This document shows, one piece after another, positions 37,877-51,397 of a stretch of 64,000 nucleotides of DNA; the stretch's first letter is position 1, and the number at the start of each line of letters is the position of its first letter. The DNA is from Klebsormidium nitens (lineage: Eukaryota > Plantae > Klebsormidiophyceae): the NCBI GenBank assembly GCA_000708835.1, contig DF237052.1:141892-205891 (forward strand). Reading direction: 5' to 3'. Both the position numbers and the translations under genes were made by a program. Below the pieces are notes generated by a model. The model had not been told where the DNA came from. It made no database searches and saw only the letters and a list, made by a program, of their open reading frames with translations.

Positions 37877-40627
37877 ATGCGTGTTCTGAGGTAGGATCTG
37901 TCGGGGAAAGAAGCCCAGACTAGTTCCAATATTGGAGCGGTGGCAGATGAGAGTAGGGAAAGTACGGCGTCAATGGGCTAGTGCCACGTGTTGTTGCGAA
38001 ACGCAATTGTAACTTACGAGTGTGAGGTCTTTGTCTTAGGTCCTAGACATTCTTTCAATACGGCAAAGACTTGCTGATGCGGCCAATGGCGTGAGTGCTT
38101 GTGGGTAAATTAGAGGTTGTTCCGACGTCAAGGGCAAGGCTTCTCAGCTAGCTTGGCTGTACGCCACTCTTTGTTCCTAGCAAGCTCTCCCGTTGTACAT
38201 TTTTAGCTAGGACTGGGGTCAGTAACAGGTTGGGACGTCCAATAACACGTGATTCTCTAGTTGGTGCGTTCACCGCCTGTAGGAAGTCGTTGGATTCGTA
38301 GCTCGTGTTGGCACACAGCTGGCACACGTCCGCCACAGCTTGTGCAGAACTTTGGGGCCCAGTTCAAACGATGATCCGATCCAAATTCGCCAATATCCTC
38401 AGATTCTTAATCCACATTCACGTGATTGAGTTCAAGACCTGAGAAGCACGAGTGAACACACTGAGCATGCATAAGATTGAACATATTGCAATTACATAGA
38501 CCATGATGTGCTGCGCCATACTGTTGTCATGCAAGTTCGAACGCTTGAACTAACGCACATTGCAACTGATTAGTATCTAGCTGGCTTAATAAAGGTGTGG
38601 TATCAAACGCAGATGCGTGAAGGCGGCCGCTACTTATAGCTGCAACGTCGGCCGCCCGCCATGCGCGGTGAACATATGCAGTCCAACCGTTTCATGTGAG
38701 TGTGCCAATCATTCACTTAAGTTGAATTTTAGTTATTGGCACACTCACATGTATGAGCCATGCATCAAATGGCATATGTATCATTGCTCATGTGAGCCGT
38801 GCCGCCAATCACTGAGCTTGCATGCGGTGTTTGCCTCTAATGTTATGGCGGCGCAATGCGTGCATATAGAAATCTTTGTCACATGCGCATTTGCTCGCAC
38901 TGCATGAAACTAATTAGTCAACACATGGCAACCGAGATCCGTCCGACGTCTGTGCGCGTACGCATCACAAAGCTGAAGCCTGTAGCTATTGAAGCGCGAT
39001 CAGGGACGGTCACCATGTCCGAACATCGCCTGTACATCATGCGCGCATCATTACTGAACAACCTAGACAACGGCGAATTTCATTGAATTATGTGGACCCG
39101 GCCACACGGTGTTGGCTGTCACATCCTGGTTACGAGCTGCATGGCATCCAGGCTAGGCGCCACTTCAGTGCAAGCTAAATGGCGAAGGGTCTTGCCATGC
39201 CGTCTTCGATGCAATTAGTAGACGCACGGTGGCGTTGTATGGTGTACTAGCATGTGAACAAAGACCCTGCAACTCCTAGCATGTGCTCCTGTGTAAACTT
39301 TCACGGATGTGTAGCACGACCCGTGAGTGCTAAAAGACGAAGAAAGAGGCCATGATTGAGTGCACTGTTGGCTCAGAATCAACGCACCCTTAAGTAATGG
39401 GGACAGCTATCGAGCTCTTGGATTCGCTAAGCTGCAACCTAGATTACCAGACGCAATCCAAAGCAGACCAAAAGAGAGCAGATACTTCTACGTCTCGGCG
39501 ATCCGCATGCTAAGATAACAACACCGACACTCTCTCATTGCAAGCCCTAACCAGCTCCCTATGGCCCGTTACTAAAGTCTCCTCCTGGACTATGTACATC
39601 GTAAACGCGTGCTTTCTATTGTATTGAGTCAAGTCATGTCGTTGCCTAGGCCCCGAAAGCATTCATCATTCTGCGATGCTAGTGCACACCCCTTCCGCCC
39701 CCTCTTCTTGGATGGCGCACGAGGCCATCACTGAGTCCTTGACAGCTTCCTGCAAAAGGAGACCGGAAATCGATTGAGCATCACAACGACAAACTCTCTG
39801 CCCGGCTGCCTGAAAGCAAATAGTGCCTCTCTTTGACCGTTGAGGGGACGGCGCCCTTTGTTTCTTTGAATATTGTAACTATACGCTGTTGCTTGGCTTC
39901 GTCGATTTCACGTACTTAGTAGCAAACGCTGGCCAGTGCTTGATGTGGCTGCCAACGGATGGTTTCGGACCGTAAACGGAGGTACGTCAGGGTGACAACA
40001 CGAGAGTTGGCGGATCCTATACGCAGTCTGTCTGCTGCAGTGCGCATCCTCCCCGGATTCAGTTTCTCGGCCTCCCTGAGATTACTTCAGCGGGTTGTTC
40101 TGCGAGGTTGAACATTACAGACGCAGCCGGCTTAGCAACCCAGCGACCTTGAACTCTCTGGCCGAAATAGCGAACAAGAAATGCGCCCCGCGACGTCAGC
40201 CCAATCAAAAGGCAGAACACTTGCTTTTCTTTCGAAGTCCGCACACCCTCAAATGACAACCAATATGCAGGGTCCCTCAATGGCGGGACGTTGGGGCTGC
40301 ATTGCGTTAGAGTTGGTAAGCTATCGATCCTCATGTTGGCGGGAGGAAGAACACGCGAATGTTCGAAAAGAAAGCAAGGTTCGCTGCAGAAGCGAGGTTC
40401 TCTGACCAAGACATGTGGACGGCACAAGAAGTTTTGTTCGAATCGAGCTACGGGGTACCCGTTCCGTGTCATGTCCTTTCTTGAATCAACACCCTACCGC
40501 ACTGAATGACCCATTTGCTCCAAGAGCTTTTGCACTTCCGAGGAGATAAGCGCGATTCACAAACTTAGGCAGTCTGATAGGGGAAGACAAAGCGAATCCA
40601 GATTTCCAACAGTATGCATCTCCTTAC

Positions 40628-43248
40628 GTTGAGTAGGCTGGGATCGATGCCAAAGGCGCGCAGGACCTGTTCGCACGTGGGATGCTCGGCGAAGTTCTTC
40701 TGGCGGAACTCGAAGAGGAGGTCGCCCCCTTGAGCGAACGCGAACGTGGCCCCCAGTTGCCTGCAAAAGATCAAAGCGAACCTGAGGCCCTGCGCTTGCG
40801 GCTTCTTGCTAATCGATGCTCGAGAGCAGTAGCTGTTCTAGAAAGAGAGTCTGCAGACTGGTTTCGCTCTATGATTTTGGAACTTCTTCCTGGAGGATGG
40901 TGTCACCTGCAGCTCCTTTAAAGATAGTACAGAAATTTTGACAGACTCTCAAACGGCTATACGTACAAGGAACTTTTGAAATACCTACTAAAGCACAATC
41001 GGTCTGGAAGGACGCCCATGTCCTGACGAGATTTCTCCAACGCTCTGGCTTCTCGTGTCCGTTGACAAACGAACTTCACGGTCCTCTTCATTATGTACCA
41101 GATTCGAAATTCTAAATTAGGCTAGACAGGACGAAGAATGGCGGCAGCGCAACTCCTCTTGGCAGTGCGCAACAAACAAACATGGAAGTACTTCAGCTCA
41201 ACTGCGACGTCTGTAAGTCTAATTCTGCAACCTGAGAAAATCAAAGCAGATTCTGCAACCTGAGAAAACCACGTAGCAGAAGGGACGATTAAGCGAGAGT
41301 CCCTATGCGGTCAATCAGAGCGTATAAGTACCGTAAAACACGACAGTGGATGATGGCCTGGATTCTCTGAGGCGACCTGTACACTCACATTCCGTCTCCT
41401 TTCAGGTCGCCCGGCACTTCGGTGGTCTTCCTCAACCCGTCCTTGACCGACTTGTTGAACCCGAGCGCCATGATCCCCTTGAGCAGGCCTAAACAAGACA
41501 AGAAAGACAAGATAAGATGGTCTTCAGACTTGCGACAGTAAGACGAAGGCGGATGACGAGGAACAAGCAAAGTGGCGTTCCCTTACCCTCAAGAGATGGA
41601 CTTGGAACAAGAACGACTGCAGAGATGTCAAAGCAATGTGCGCCGTCTCTCAAATGAATGCTTCGGCGAGAGAGTTTCCAAACTTGAAGGCAACGAAGGG
41701 AATGCTGCAGAGTATACAACTTGTGACGTTCTTCTGTGTCGTTTGTCCTCGTTCCTAAAATGTTCGATCCACTTAGGAACCACTTGCGCTCACCCGTCGA
41801 TTGCAGTTGCAGTGCCTTGTACGCCTTCTTCCCATCGTCTATGTACAGTTCCCCGTCCCAAAACTTGCCCTCCACGAACTCGTCCACTCCCAGGCGCTCC
41901 AGCCCAACCGCAATGCACCGAACGCCTTTGGCTTTCAAGTGGGGAAGCGCTCGGTTGAGCTCCATCGCTCCCCCCCGGCAGAGGCGGCAGCCGAAGCGCC
42001 GCATCAGGTGGATGAAAGCCGGCTGTATTGCAGAGGGAAGAAAATTGGTTCAGGATGGGGCCAAATATGCCCTTCAAAGAGAAGAAGGAAAGGGTCAGAG
42101 AGAATTCGAAGATGCACTTGGGCTTTCAAATGGGGGAGTGCCCGGCTGAGGTCCATCGCCCCCTCTAGGCAGAAGCAGCAGCCGAAGCGCCGCATCAGGT
42201 GGACGAAAGCCAGCTGTTTTAGGGAGAGAGACGGGTTCAGAAAGTGGGGAATGCACTTGGCTTCCAGTTGGGTTAGGCGGTTGGAGCTCGATAGCACACC
42301 CTCTGCAGAGACCAGCCAAAGCGTCCACAAAGTGAATGAAAACCGTTCGTGCTATACGGAGAGGAAAGAGAGGTCTAGATGCAGTCCTGAATGCCCTTCG
42401 CTGTCCCGAATGCCCTTCGCTGAGCTCAAAGGCATCCCCCTGGCAGAGGCGGCAACCGAAGCATCGCATGAGGCGGATCAAAGTTGGCTGTATTATGGAG
42501 AGAGGAAAGAGAAGCCAAAAAGAGCAGTCAGAAATACTCTGGCTTATAAGTATGGATTCGCCCAGCTCTGCCCCATGCCCCCACTTTCCGCACCGAACGC
42601 GGCAGCCAAAGTGCCGCATCAGTGAAGTATAAGCTGGGCTATAGCGCCAAGAAGCGGACTAAGCTTCAGACACCAATGACGGAAAGGGGGGTCCACAACA
42701 AGAGAAGGTTCACAAAGGCGCATATCGCTCAACTTTACCCATTTGCAGAAGGGAGCACTGATCAAAATACCACGTGCTGAACTGAAGCGATAAAATACTT
42801 AGCCCAGGTAAAGAAAGACACCTTCAGAAGACCATCCAGAGTGCACTAACTCCAGTAAGTCCCAAACCGCTGTGCTTAGCGCAACCAACAGCAAAGAGCC
42901 CTTCTCGCGAAACAGAAATGCCGGCGCGAAGGAAAGCCCCAGCTGACCAGCCCATTGAGTATGGGTTTGCATCCCTTGCTCTATGTGCTGGCAGGTCTTA
43001 ATGCTATGTTCCCTCAAATAAAAAGGTCTGATTGTCTGGGGCTGCCAATCCTGAACATATTCAGACCTGTGGCTCCTGTACCAATGAAGTTGACCAACTA
43101 GAGGAGGAGCGGAAATAGATCGCACCTGGCCATCCCAGAAACTCTGGTATGCAACCATTTGCTCGTCTCCTGGCCCCACCACCTTGTGCACCTGGATAGC
43201 GCCAATCGCCTTGGCAATCTTGGTCTTGTCCTCGGTGATCAACCCCAT
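40628..43248 (-). CDS. PRXL2B: Peroxiredoxin-like 2B / prostamide-PGF synthase-like (AhpC-TSA_2, FAM213 family) CXXC redoxin, about 200 aa; last exon uncertain
   Basis: Exons 43248-43126, 42022-41794, 41488-41389, 40760-40628, ending at a GTAAGG donor. A candidate terminal exon is 40099-40082 (NNPLK*). Motifs: HLMRRFGCRLCR (CXXC), VGLERLGVDEFVEGKFWDGELYIDDGKKAYKAL, GDLKGDGMQLGATF. Confidence 0.85.
42023..42645 (-). repeat. Four decayed copies of the PRXL2B exon-2 acceptor junction including the CXXC codons
   Basis: The copies translate as AFVHLMRRFGCCFCLEGAMDLSRALPHLKA (start 42213), VFIHFVDALAGLCRG, PTLIRLMRCFGCRLCQG (start 42487) and SLMRHFGCRVRC, versus the true PAFIHLMRRFGCRLCRGGAMELNRALPHLKA. 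Confidence 0.88.
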
Positions 43249-45111
43249 CTTGGCTGCCTGATATGTGCCTTCACCCGCTGTCGAAAGACGAGAGAGATTG
43301 GTACCTATGGGATAGAAATAAAGCACTACATAAAAGCCATCACATTTTGCTCTTGAAGCACTCTCGGAGGTAGGTCACTTTAAACACAGCTATCTATATG
43401 GGGGTGCTAGAACGCACTGTGAACAACGTCTTGGCTGACAGCTCAAGAGAATCAATGAAATCCAGTGTCCTTTCTCACTTGCAGCTTCGTCAAGCTTCCT
43501 TGATACCTCGCTGTGGGTCTCCCTGTGCACAATGTGGATACCACTTGTTCCCCATGCACATGTTTCAGTCAATCATTGAATGGATGAAGCAGATGATATT
43601 TTTCCAGACATTCGGGAACTTGTGAAGAACCAGCGTTGTTTCAGAGTGGATTGTTGTATCACTCTTTGCTCATATCATGAGGCAGGAAGTAAGAGCAAAA
43701 TAAGGTTCTTCTAGAACCAGAAATCATTTGTCCCAAGGTGCAGCGTACTGGAGGACTGGTTAAGAAGCCACAACCGAGCAGATGAAGGAGCCTTGAACAA
43801 CACACGCTGACCACAGCAATCAAACCCTTTAAAAATGCTTGCAAGCATCAGCTCACTTCATTGCACTTAGGGTGAATGCAACATTGAGAAAAGGGACTTG
43901 TACAAAAGTTCTATTTGAAAAGCAAAAGTAGGTTCTTGTTTTGGCCAAAATAATTAAAAAAAACTTTTGCAAGCGGACAATTGACACCGCCGCAAGAGGA
44001 ACAGTTTCTGATTGAAAATCCCTCTTTCTAACCCTTTTGATATGCCCTGAGATGAAACAAAGCTGCTTGACACTCGTGTATTACATGGAAGCACTTTCCA
44101 GCTGCACGTCTTTGAAGGATGCGTAGGCAGGATATTTCTTTGAGCTTACCGGTGTGGCGCACGCCTTGAGCGGCCTTTTTCTGCAAAGCCTACGCCAGCT
44201 GCAATCCCCTGAGTAATGCTGTGGAAAACGTGCTCCCAAAGATGCTTTGCTGCAAACTGTGTATTGAAGAGCGAACTTGTGACGTATGTTCTTGAAGAGG
44301 GCCAAGCTGCAAGCACGTAGGAGGTCCTACTAGTACTAGAGGAACGTCCTACTAAGCCTATAGGCTATATAGCAGTACGTGTGCCTGCGAGCATGTTTGG
44401 AGTTTTCCGTGATTCGCAACGGCGGAGCTAGCGCCACGTCAATCTTACAGATGCATCGGACGGTTGCGAAGGCTTCCTTGATCACCGGGGGCCTGATCCG
44501 CGCGCACAGGCGTTTGCTTCCTTCAGTTGCTGGCCTCAATCATTGGTCAGTCGCGAAAGTCAAAAGAGTGAAAGGCTCATGATCTGGCGAAGCTGCCATG
44601 CTTAGCTGCTCTGAAGAATGTCAGGTGGCATGGGGGAATGAGTTACATCCACATTGCTATGGCAATGAATACGTGCCACTGTTTATTGTAAACGCTGTTT
44701 TGATCAGCTGCGCAAGGCAGCTGCTCAAGCATGAAGCCAGTCTCAGAATCAGATTGACTTGCAGACAAGTGACGGCACACAGACAAAACAACAGACTGTA
44801 CCGTGCTGCACCCAGTACTCTGTAGCGACGATTATAAGCACATGAGAAGCTCTCTGCTGAACATTCAGCCGATGGAGAGCTTTTTGCATACGTTCAAGAA
44901 GCTCGCAACTGAGCTCACATTTACCTGCAATATGTACGGTGATGTCAGATCAATCAATGTCCACCAACATATCCACTTTGCAACCAAGTCATATCAACAA
45001 GCGTGTCTAGCTGAAATGTTGAAGGAGAGAATTGCAGTCATCAACAGGTTTCTTTCATGTGAATGTTTCTGGCGATAATAAAAGCTATATAATGTCACCG
45101 AACCAAATGCA

Positions 45112-48100
45112 TTACGCCGTTACAGTACGAGCTGGCTTCGAGAATGACAGCTTTGCTTGCTTCAAGCCGGGTTGTGAACCTGCAAGAAAGAGGACCGGTT
45201 GAACGTAATGGTCTCGTTTTAAACAACTCCGCGAAGTTGACAGGGAGTCTTCCGGAGGGAAAGCCGAAACCTGTCCGAATTTCATAGATCCAGCAATATT
45301 CAAGGCGATGCTGACTTCGTGAAGGAGCAGAGAAAGCGTTCAGGACAATCGACAGGATTGGACCAAGATAACAACAAATCGAAAGCAGGAAGCCCGGGCT
45401 TGAGAAAAGTATGACGTTCGGGTTTGATTGGATGAGACTGGAGCTATAAGAAGGAAAACGTCTGTCTTGTAGCAATCAGATTCAAGCCCCTGGTCTTAGA
45501 TTTGCACAGCGCATACAAGGTTAGCCAAGTAGATCAACGACTAGAACAAAGGATCAATCTGTAGAACCGGAAACCTGACTCACTGGGTCTTGTATTGCGG
45601 GGTTGAGCTTCATTTGCCAGCTTCGACAGTGGAGCGAGAGCCCGCCGCCTCCATTCCTCGTACTCTTGCTGCTTCTCCTGAGCGGCCTTCGCCTTCGAAG
45701 TGCCCGGCAACTACGCTCAAAGAGATGACGTCACTTGACAGTCAGAAGATCACGTCAATTGTCAATAAAATGGATGCCGGCACCTATCGGGAATTGCAAT
45801 TCATTTCCGTTCTGAAGGATTGAAGAACCCTTGAAACCAACAATCTGCTTCGACCGTTGAAATCCAAGCAAGAACGTTTTGCAGAAGGTGTTGTGAAAGA
45901 TTGTTGGCTGTAGACTGAGGCTTGCGAGAGACAATTCCGAACTCGTCGAACAAAAACAGCAGAGGAGCAAAAGAGCGGTGTATTAGACTGTCGACACTCA
46001 ACGGGCTGAAAGTCAGCCTTCGTTGTTAAACCAAAAACCTTCTGCAACTCTATCAATCGACTTCAGCAGCAATCGTCTGATCTGTAACACGAAGATCTGC
46101 AGAGCAGCGCCTCTCACTCGTGGTTGGATGACGCAGCTGTTCCGGGCGTGACTGTTCGACCGTACAGATGGTCACAGGAACCGCGTGTCCGAAGTCCTTG
46201 CGCATCTACTGCAAGTTTTCTGAGCAGCCCCCCGCGATCGTTCCAGTCGCTACGCTTATAACGGAGCCCGAGAAAGCTACTCTGTTCACAAGTGGGCTGT
46301 AGAATCTGAGCTTCTCTTCCCAATGACTCTGATCTTCACTTAAGCTTACCGCAGCGATATCGTCTCCAGCACTGGTCTCTTCTTCGTCGCTTTCGGACGT
46401 CGTACGAGCTCGCTTCTCAGGAAGAGCGTCCAAAAGCTCTGACGAAAGCAAACCAGTCACCAGATTGCGGCACATTTTGCTTGCTTCTAACGGAGGTGAA
46501 GCAGGTATGGGTCTAACGCGAAGCCCATCATTTTTAAGGGCTTCAAATGACTCCGACTCAAAGCAAAACGGAGATAGACGACGCTCCAACAGGAAGCAGT
46601 TTGCAAATCATTCAGGCTACTATGCAGATTCAAGCTGGGCAATGTGACTAGCAGCCGGTTTCTTCCACCGAGCTTTAAGGAATCTTCCGACCGTTGGAAG
46701 ACTTACTTGCCAGCTACGTCGCAGATTTTGAGATAAGCTCTGACGACAGATTGCTGTGCGAAATGCTAGACATCAACCGAAGCCGTCCAAACTTAGGGAC
46801 CCCTTAGGAACTCGCCATTCGTACATCGTCATCGTTCTCAAATTCCCACTTCCAGACGCCTCGACATGTCCTTGTGAGAAGCTTTTTTCAGAGGCGTTCT
46901 GCTTGAGGACGAGAGACTGCTGACTTCTGAGATCGTGGTTCTGCGTGATGAATCATTTGGAACGAGAGCGAGGGCAGAAAGACAGACCTCGATTCGCCTT
47001 GATCTCCTGCGCAGCCCGTTTCCGTTTCTCGACGCCCAGCGTGTCAAAACAGAGGTCGTACATCGAAGTTGTGACCTGCAAAACGCGCATGTTAGGTTTG
47101 CTTCTTCACTTTCTGACTTGTCTCACTCCGATTCAGTGCACTTTTTTTTATCAGTAAAAATCAAGAATGCGGCCCCTTCGCCAAACAAGCATATACAATG
47201 AGGAAGCTTCTGGATCAGAAATTTCTTGGATTGCATGTGGACCTAAATGTAGGCCACTGCAAGCGAGCAGGTAAGCTTCGGCACTCACGTTTGCAAATTC
47301 GGCATCAGAGGACCCGCACGCCTGGATGATCTTCCCTTTGTCGACTTTCACCTGCACTGCGACAAAAGTGCGTCCTGAGTGTAGACAAAATCTGATCGGA
47401 ACCATGCGTTTCGAGTCAACTAGAGAGGGCAGAACTGAGCACTGCATACCAGGGTGCCACACTTCATTTTTCGAAAGCATTTGCACAAGCTGCCGGGGCA
47501 GTTGATTATCAATCACCAGACCTCCGGTTAGAAAGCTCAGAAACGGACTCCTGCTGTCCATTGTCCCCTTTTTTATTGGAAAAAAGCAGGTACCCCTTGA
47601 TGTGCCTTCCAAAGGAACGGCAGCAGAGTTGCGGATGTACATAAGAATTTGAAGCAAAAACGAGCTTAGAAGCCAAACGACGCCATGCCCCCACCTTGCG
47701 CTTTTTGGCTGCCAGGTAGAACGCTGCCCCCAGGAACACCGGCCTGCTGAAGTCCGCGTTTTTCTTCTTGACTTCCGGTAGCCCCGCAATGAACCGAGTG
47801 CGGTAGCTGCCCACGAAAAGAAGGTCCGTCAACTGTTCAGAATCCATCAAAACCAGATAACAATCTAGTCTGGACAGAGTAGAAGAACTTAGGTCAAACA
47901 GTCCATGCTGCAAAACAGAAGGGCTTTATTTGAGCGTCCAGCACACTTTGACGCGCAGATCGAGTGGAGTATGCAAGGACAGCGCTTTCATTAAGCTCCG
48001 AAAAGCTGCAATGAGTGGACAGAGTAAGAATATGTATAAGCAAGGCAACTTTATAATTGGGCCGGGCCGGACAAGCAGCTCGTTGAAGAATCGTGCTCAC

Positions 48101-50012
48101 TCTGTCAAGGCGCGCTGTACTGCATCCACCATTCTGAAACACCCAAAGCGCACGCATAGCGCGCGGGCATCAATATTAGGCCTGCAACAAGAAACAAGGA
48201 ATATGACATTGGCCGAAGTTTTGGGCAAGCGTCACCAGCCCTCTCAACTTGACAGGAATCTAAAACTACAGGACAGAAAGTCTACTTGTCTGTGGCTTAG
48301 ACGGCCCATCCCCTGCCCATCACCTCGATTTTTGGGTCCAAACTGTACCTCAAAGTACCAAATCACATTTCTACAGTGATAAGAAGGAGGTTGGAGTAAA
48401 CATGGCTATCGGGGTGTCAAAGCACTAAAACCCACAGACAATTGTTGACCTTATAAAACTGACTTCTCCAATTAAATAGCGGTTCAACATCTGACTTGCC
48501 CCTAGTCCTGATTCCAGTGACTCTCCAAATGCAACGGAACTTGAGGGCCACTGGCAATCAACTTTTCCAGATCACAGGTGCACCCTCAGAAAAGTCACAA
48601 CTTGGCACAAACCACACAGCGGCCTTCATCTGCTAACTTAATTAGCTGGCTACCCAGATGTATAAGCAGAAAGGATTGGGCAAAAGCTACAGTCCACATT
48701 AGTACTGGACAACGCTACAAGCAATAGTCATGTGGCTCTTCGCTTCCGAGGACCAAAAGCTCATCCCATCGCCGCCAAATAAGGTGAGGGAAGATACAAT
48801 TTGACAAAAATCAAGACCTTCTCCGCACTTATACTTTGAAGATTTCATTATTCAGCATTGCCTGGTACGTTTCAATCTGCATCAGTTCCGAGGAGTCTCT
48901 TCACAGCACAGCCCGGAGCTTCGAATCTCACCGGATACCCAGGACATTCTGGACCTTCAAGTAAGTCTGCGCATAGACCTTCTCGTTGGCACCACTGTGT
49001 CGTACGCCCTTGGCCCGGTCGAAGCTCTCCTGCAAGCTGCAGCCATCATCCACCAGAGGATCTGAGCATGCATACTGAGAGTCACCTTGAAAAGTTCTGT
49101 CCTAAATGAAGATAAAACCCAATGTGCTGCCCTAAGACTGCCAGCGATTAAAGGCACTGTGGGATCTAAGAAGAAGCCTCGTCAAGCAGATTGAACCGCA
49201 AAGTAACCAGTCATGGGCCCAGAGACTGCAAATGCATGTTGCTAGGACGGACGCGCTGAGCATTCAACAACATTGCAGTCCGTGGATCACAGATCCACAT
49301 GAGCAACATTTGGAGGATACTGTAGGCTGCTTTTGAAAGAAAGCTTGAAGGGGACTATATCATATAGCTCACCTAACACAAGCAAGCTCGAGGCACACCA
49401 TGTACTTGCATATCTCCCCCTGCACACGGGCTGCCCGTTTTGAGCTTTGGGGCCAAGTGCAAAGAGTGATTGGTTTCAGAGGATTTTGAATGAAGCGAGA
49501 AAGAGGATGCATCCGCAAGCTGTGCAAGGCTTAATGGAGATCTTGGCTTGCCTCCTTTTGCAACATCAACCAGGCTCTGGTCCTGGATTGTCATTCAAGA
49601 CCTGATCAGCTCACAAGTGGCCAAGACCCTGCCATGGAAGCACTCGTAAGCTATATTGAGTGGCTTAGTACTGAGCCGAGCAACATACGAAGCCGACTAT
49701 GTTGAGTCCAGAAGCAGCTTGGCACTGAGAACATTTTGCTGCTACAGTAAGTAGAATAAAACTTTTTCGGACATGACAGCCTCAGGACCGAATCTTTTCA
49801 AAAGCCTCCAGAGGATTGATTCGTGCAGGAAACACCGAGCTTTCGTCTGGACTTGGCAAGAAACATGTAATACTAATAGTGCCACTTACCGCACCCAAAC
49901 CAGCTTCAAAGCGCAGATTGCACAGCCGGACGAGCTCCTTTGTCTTGCTGCTGATCCTCTGCAGGTTTTCTGTCATTCCCAAACGCCGCTGCAGCACCTC
50001 AGCGTTATCCAT
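45112..50012 (-). CDS. ORC6: Origin recognition complex subunit 6, 10 exons, 300 aa
   Basis: Exons 50012-49890, 49419-49373, 49036-48932, 48181-48101, 47806-47695, 47351-47289, 47075-46988, 46438-46350, 45710-45584, 45179-45112 (903 nt, in frame). Plant-ORC6-like blocks: GEICKYMVCLELA, VRFGC, NADFSRPVFLGAAFYLAAKK, KVDKGKIIQACG, SMYDLCFD, RELLDALPEKR, YEEW. Confidence 0.92.
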
Positions 50013-50402
50013 TGTGCTTCAATGGATAGACTTGCACAGCTGTTCTGCAGCTCTGCAGCACCACGTCAGCTCGATGTGCAATCTGAAAGAGTTCCCACGA
50101 CCGTATACTTTTGTAGATCGGAATATCAATGCAATTGAATGATGTGGAGCGGACGGTGGAGCAACGCATCTTTAATCTGCGCATTGCAAATCAAGTGTGA
50201 CTCACATAATACCTACGTGTACTTACCTACCGGTATTTAGTAAATTGCAGGTGCATCACTGAGGTGCTCGTTTTGCAAATTGCATTGCTTTGCAAGCAGA
50301 CGGTTTGCAAATCGCGAGTCACTCCCTAGTCACTCTCTGTACACCGCACTTCAGTCTATGTACAGTGTGCCGGTAGGTAGCTGCCATACACTGACGGGAA
50401 TT

Positions 50403-50417
50403 GGCGCGAAATTTGAA
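50403..50417. promoter_or_regulatory. Composite E2F/CDE + CHR (DREAM-type) element upstream of ORC6
   Basis: Sequence GGCGCGAAATTTGAA. It contains the E2F site TTTCGCGC on the minus strand and GGCGC-4nt-TTTGAA with canonical CDE/CHR spacing. It lies about 390 bp upstream of the ORC6 ATG, and replication-licensing genes are classic E2F targets. Confidence 0.65.
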
Positions 50418-50886
50418 GAGATGGCGCGCCGCGCTGCGCGGCCGTAGGATGCTCACTGCAACTTTCATGTGACTTGTCCCGATAAAACTTGAAAGTTAGA
50501 TGGACGGGTCACGCTCAGTCAATCCCGTCGGAACGTACGGACATCAATGTGATCATTGCCGAATGACAATAATCGCTGACGTTTCTGCACAACCGGGCAC
50601 TGATGGGCCGCAGCCGAGTGACTTTGGTAGGGTTTGGTTGAGGGGTTAGGAAATGCATGGGCTGGGGTGGGCCGGCTCTGACCAGTGACTCCAGACTCCA
50701 GAGGGTACGAGTCACGACCTAGGGGCATGTGCATTGTGGTTACGGTACGGTGACTTGGTATTAGGGTTATGCCCTGTTTGTTTCAGCCAGGTTTATAACA
50801 TTCAAGTGTTGGTCGGAAGTGCCCGGCGGCCGGCAGCCTCAACCGATTCCCAACCATGGCTGCATACGTCATACGTATTGAATCAA

Positions 50887-51066
50887 TTCCCTTGTCTCGT
50901 AAGGGGCTTGTCTCCTAAGGCACATGGCCGGTGGACGGGTAGGGTTGGGTTTGGTGGTTAGGGTGGATAGGGGTGCGGAGCGCGTAATATTTTGGGTTGG
51001 ATGTTCAAGTTGTGGTGCCCGGGGCTTCTGGGTGTTAGGAGACAAGCCCCTTAGGAGACAAGGGAA
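50887..51066. mobile_element. 180-bp MITE with 32-bp terminal inverted repeats and a G-rich core
   Basis: Left end TTCCCTTGTCTCGTAAGGGGCTTGTCTCCTAA (50887-50918) and right end TTAGGAGACAAGCCCCTTAGGAGACAAGGGAA (51035-51066) are reverse complements with one mismatch. No coding capacity. TSD not unambiguous. Confidence 0.85.
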
Positions 51067-51170
51067 ATTAAATTGCCAGTACACGTAACACCATACCAAG
51101 AAAGATAATACTGGTAGTTAATAATAATGGTAGTTAAAGCCAAGATAATAATAAGCTCCAACTACCTAAC

Positions 51171-51245
51171 ACTAAAACCCCTAACCCAAAACGACACCCG
51201 CTCCGCACCCGTACCTACCCTAACCACCGAACTAACCCTACCGTC
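51171..51245 (-). repeat. MITE core copy in reverse orientation next to the 50887 element
   Basis: The reverse complement reads GACGGTAGGGTTAGTTCGGTGGTTAGGGTAGGTACGGGTGCGGAGCGGGTGTCGTTTTGGGTTAGGGGTTTTAGT. Confidence 0.7.
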
Positions 51246-51397
51246 TCAGTTGGTTCTCGTACTGATTCTATAGTAATATTTTCCTTGACTTTGCATGATG
51301 ACACAATCCTGGGGGCCGGGACTTGCCGGTAGCTAAATCGAGTTGTTGAACTGGACGCGTGCGAAGTAAATATTACCAACAAGAGCTTTGTTTTGTC

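Noticed and set aside
41801-42625. 274-aa plus-strand ORF
   Set aside because: Antisense to PRXL2B exon 2 and its echo copies. Its internal repeats simply mirror the array and it has no recognisable domain.
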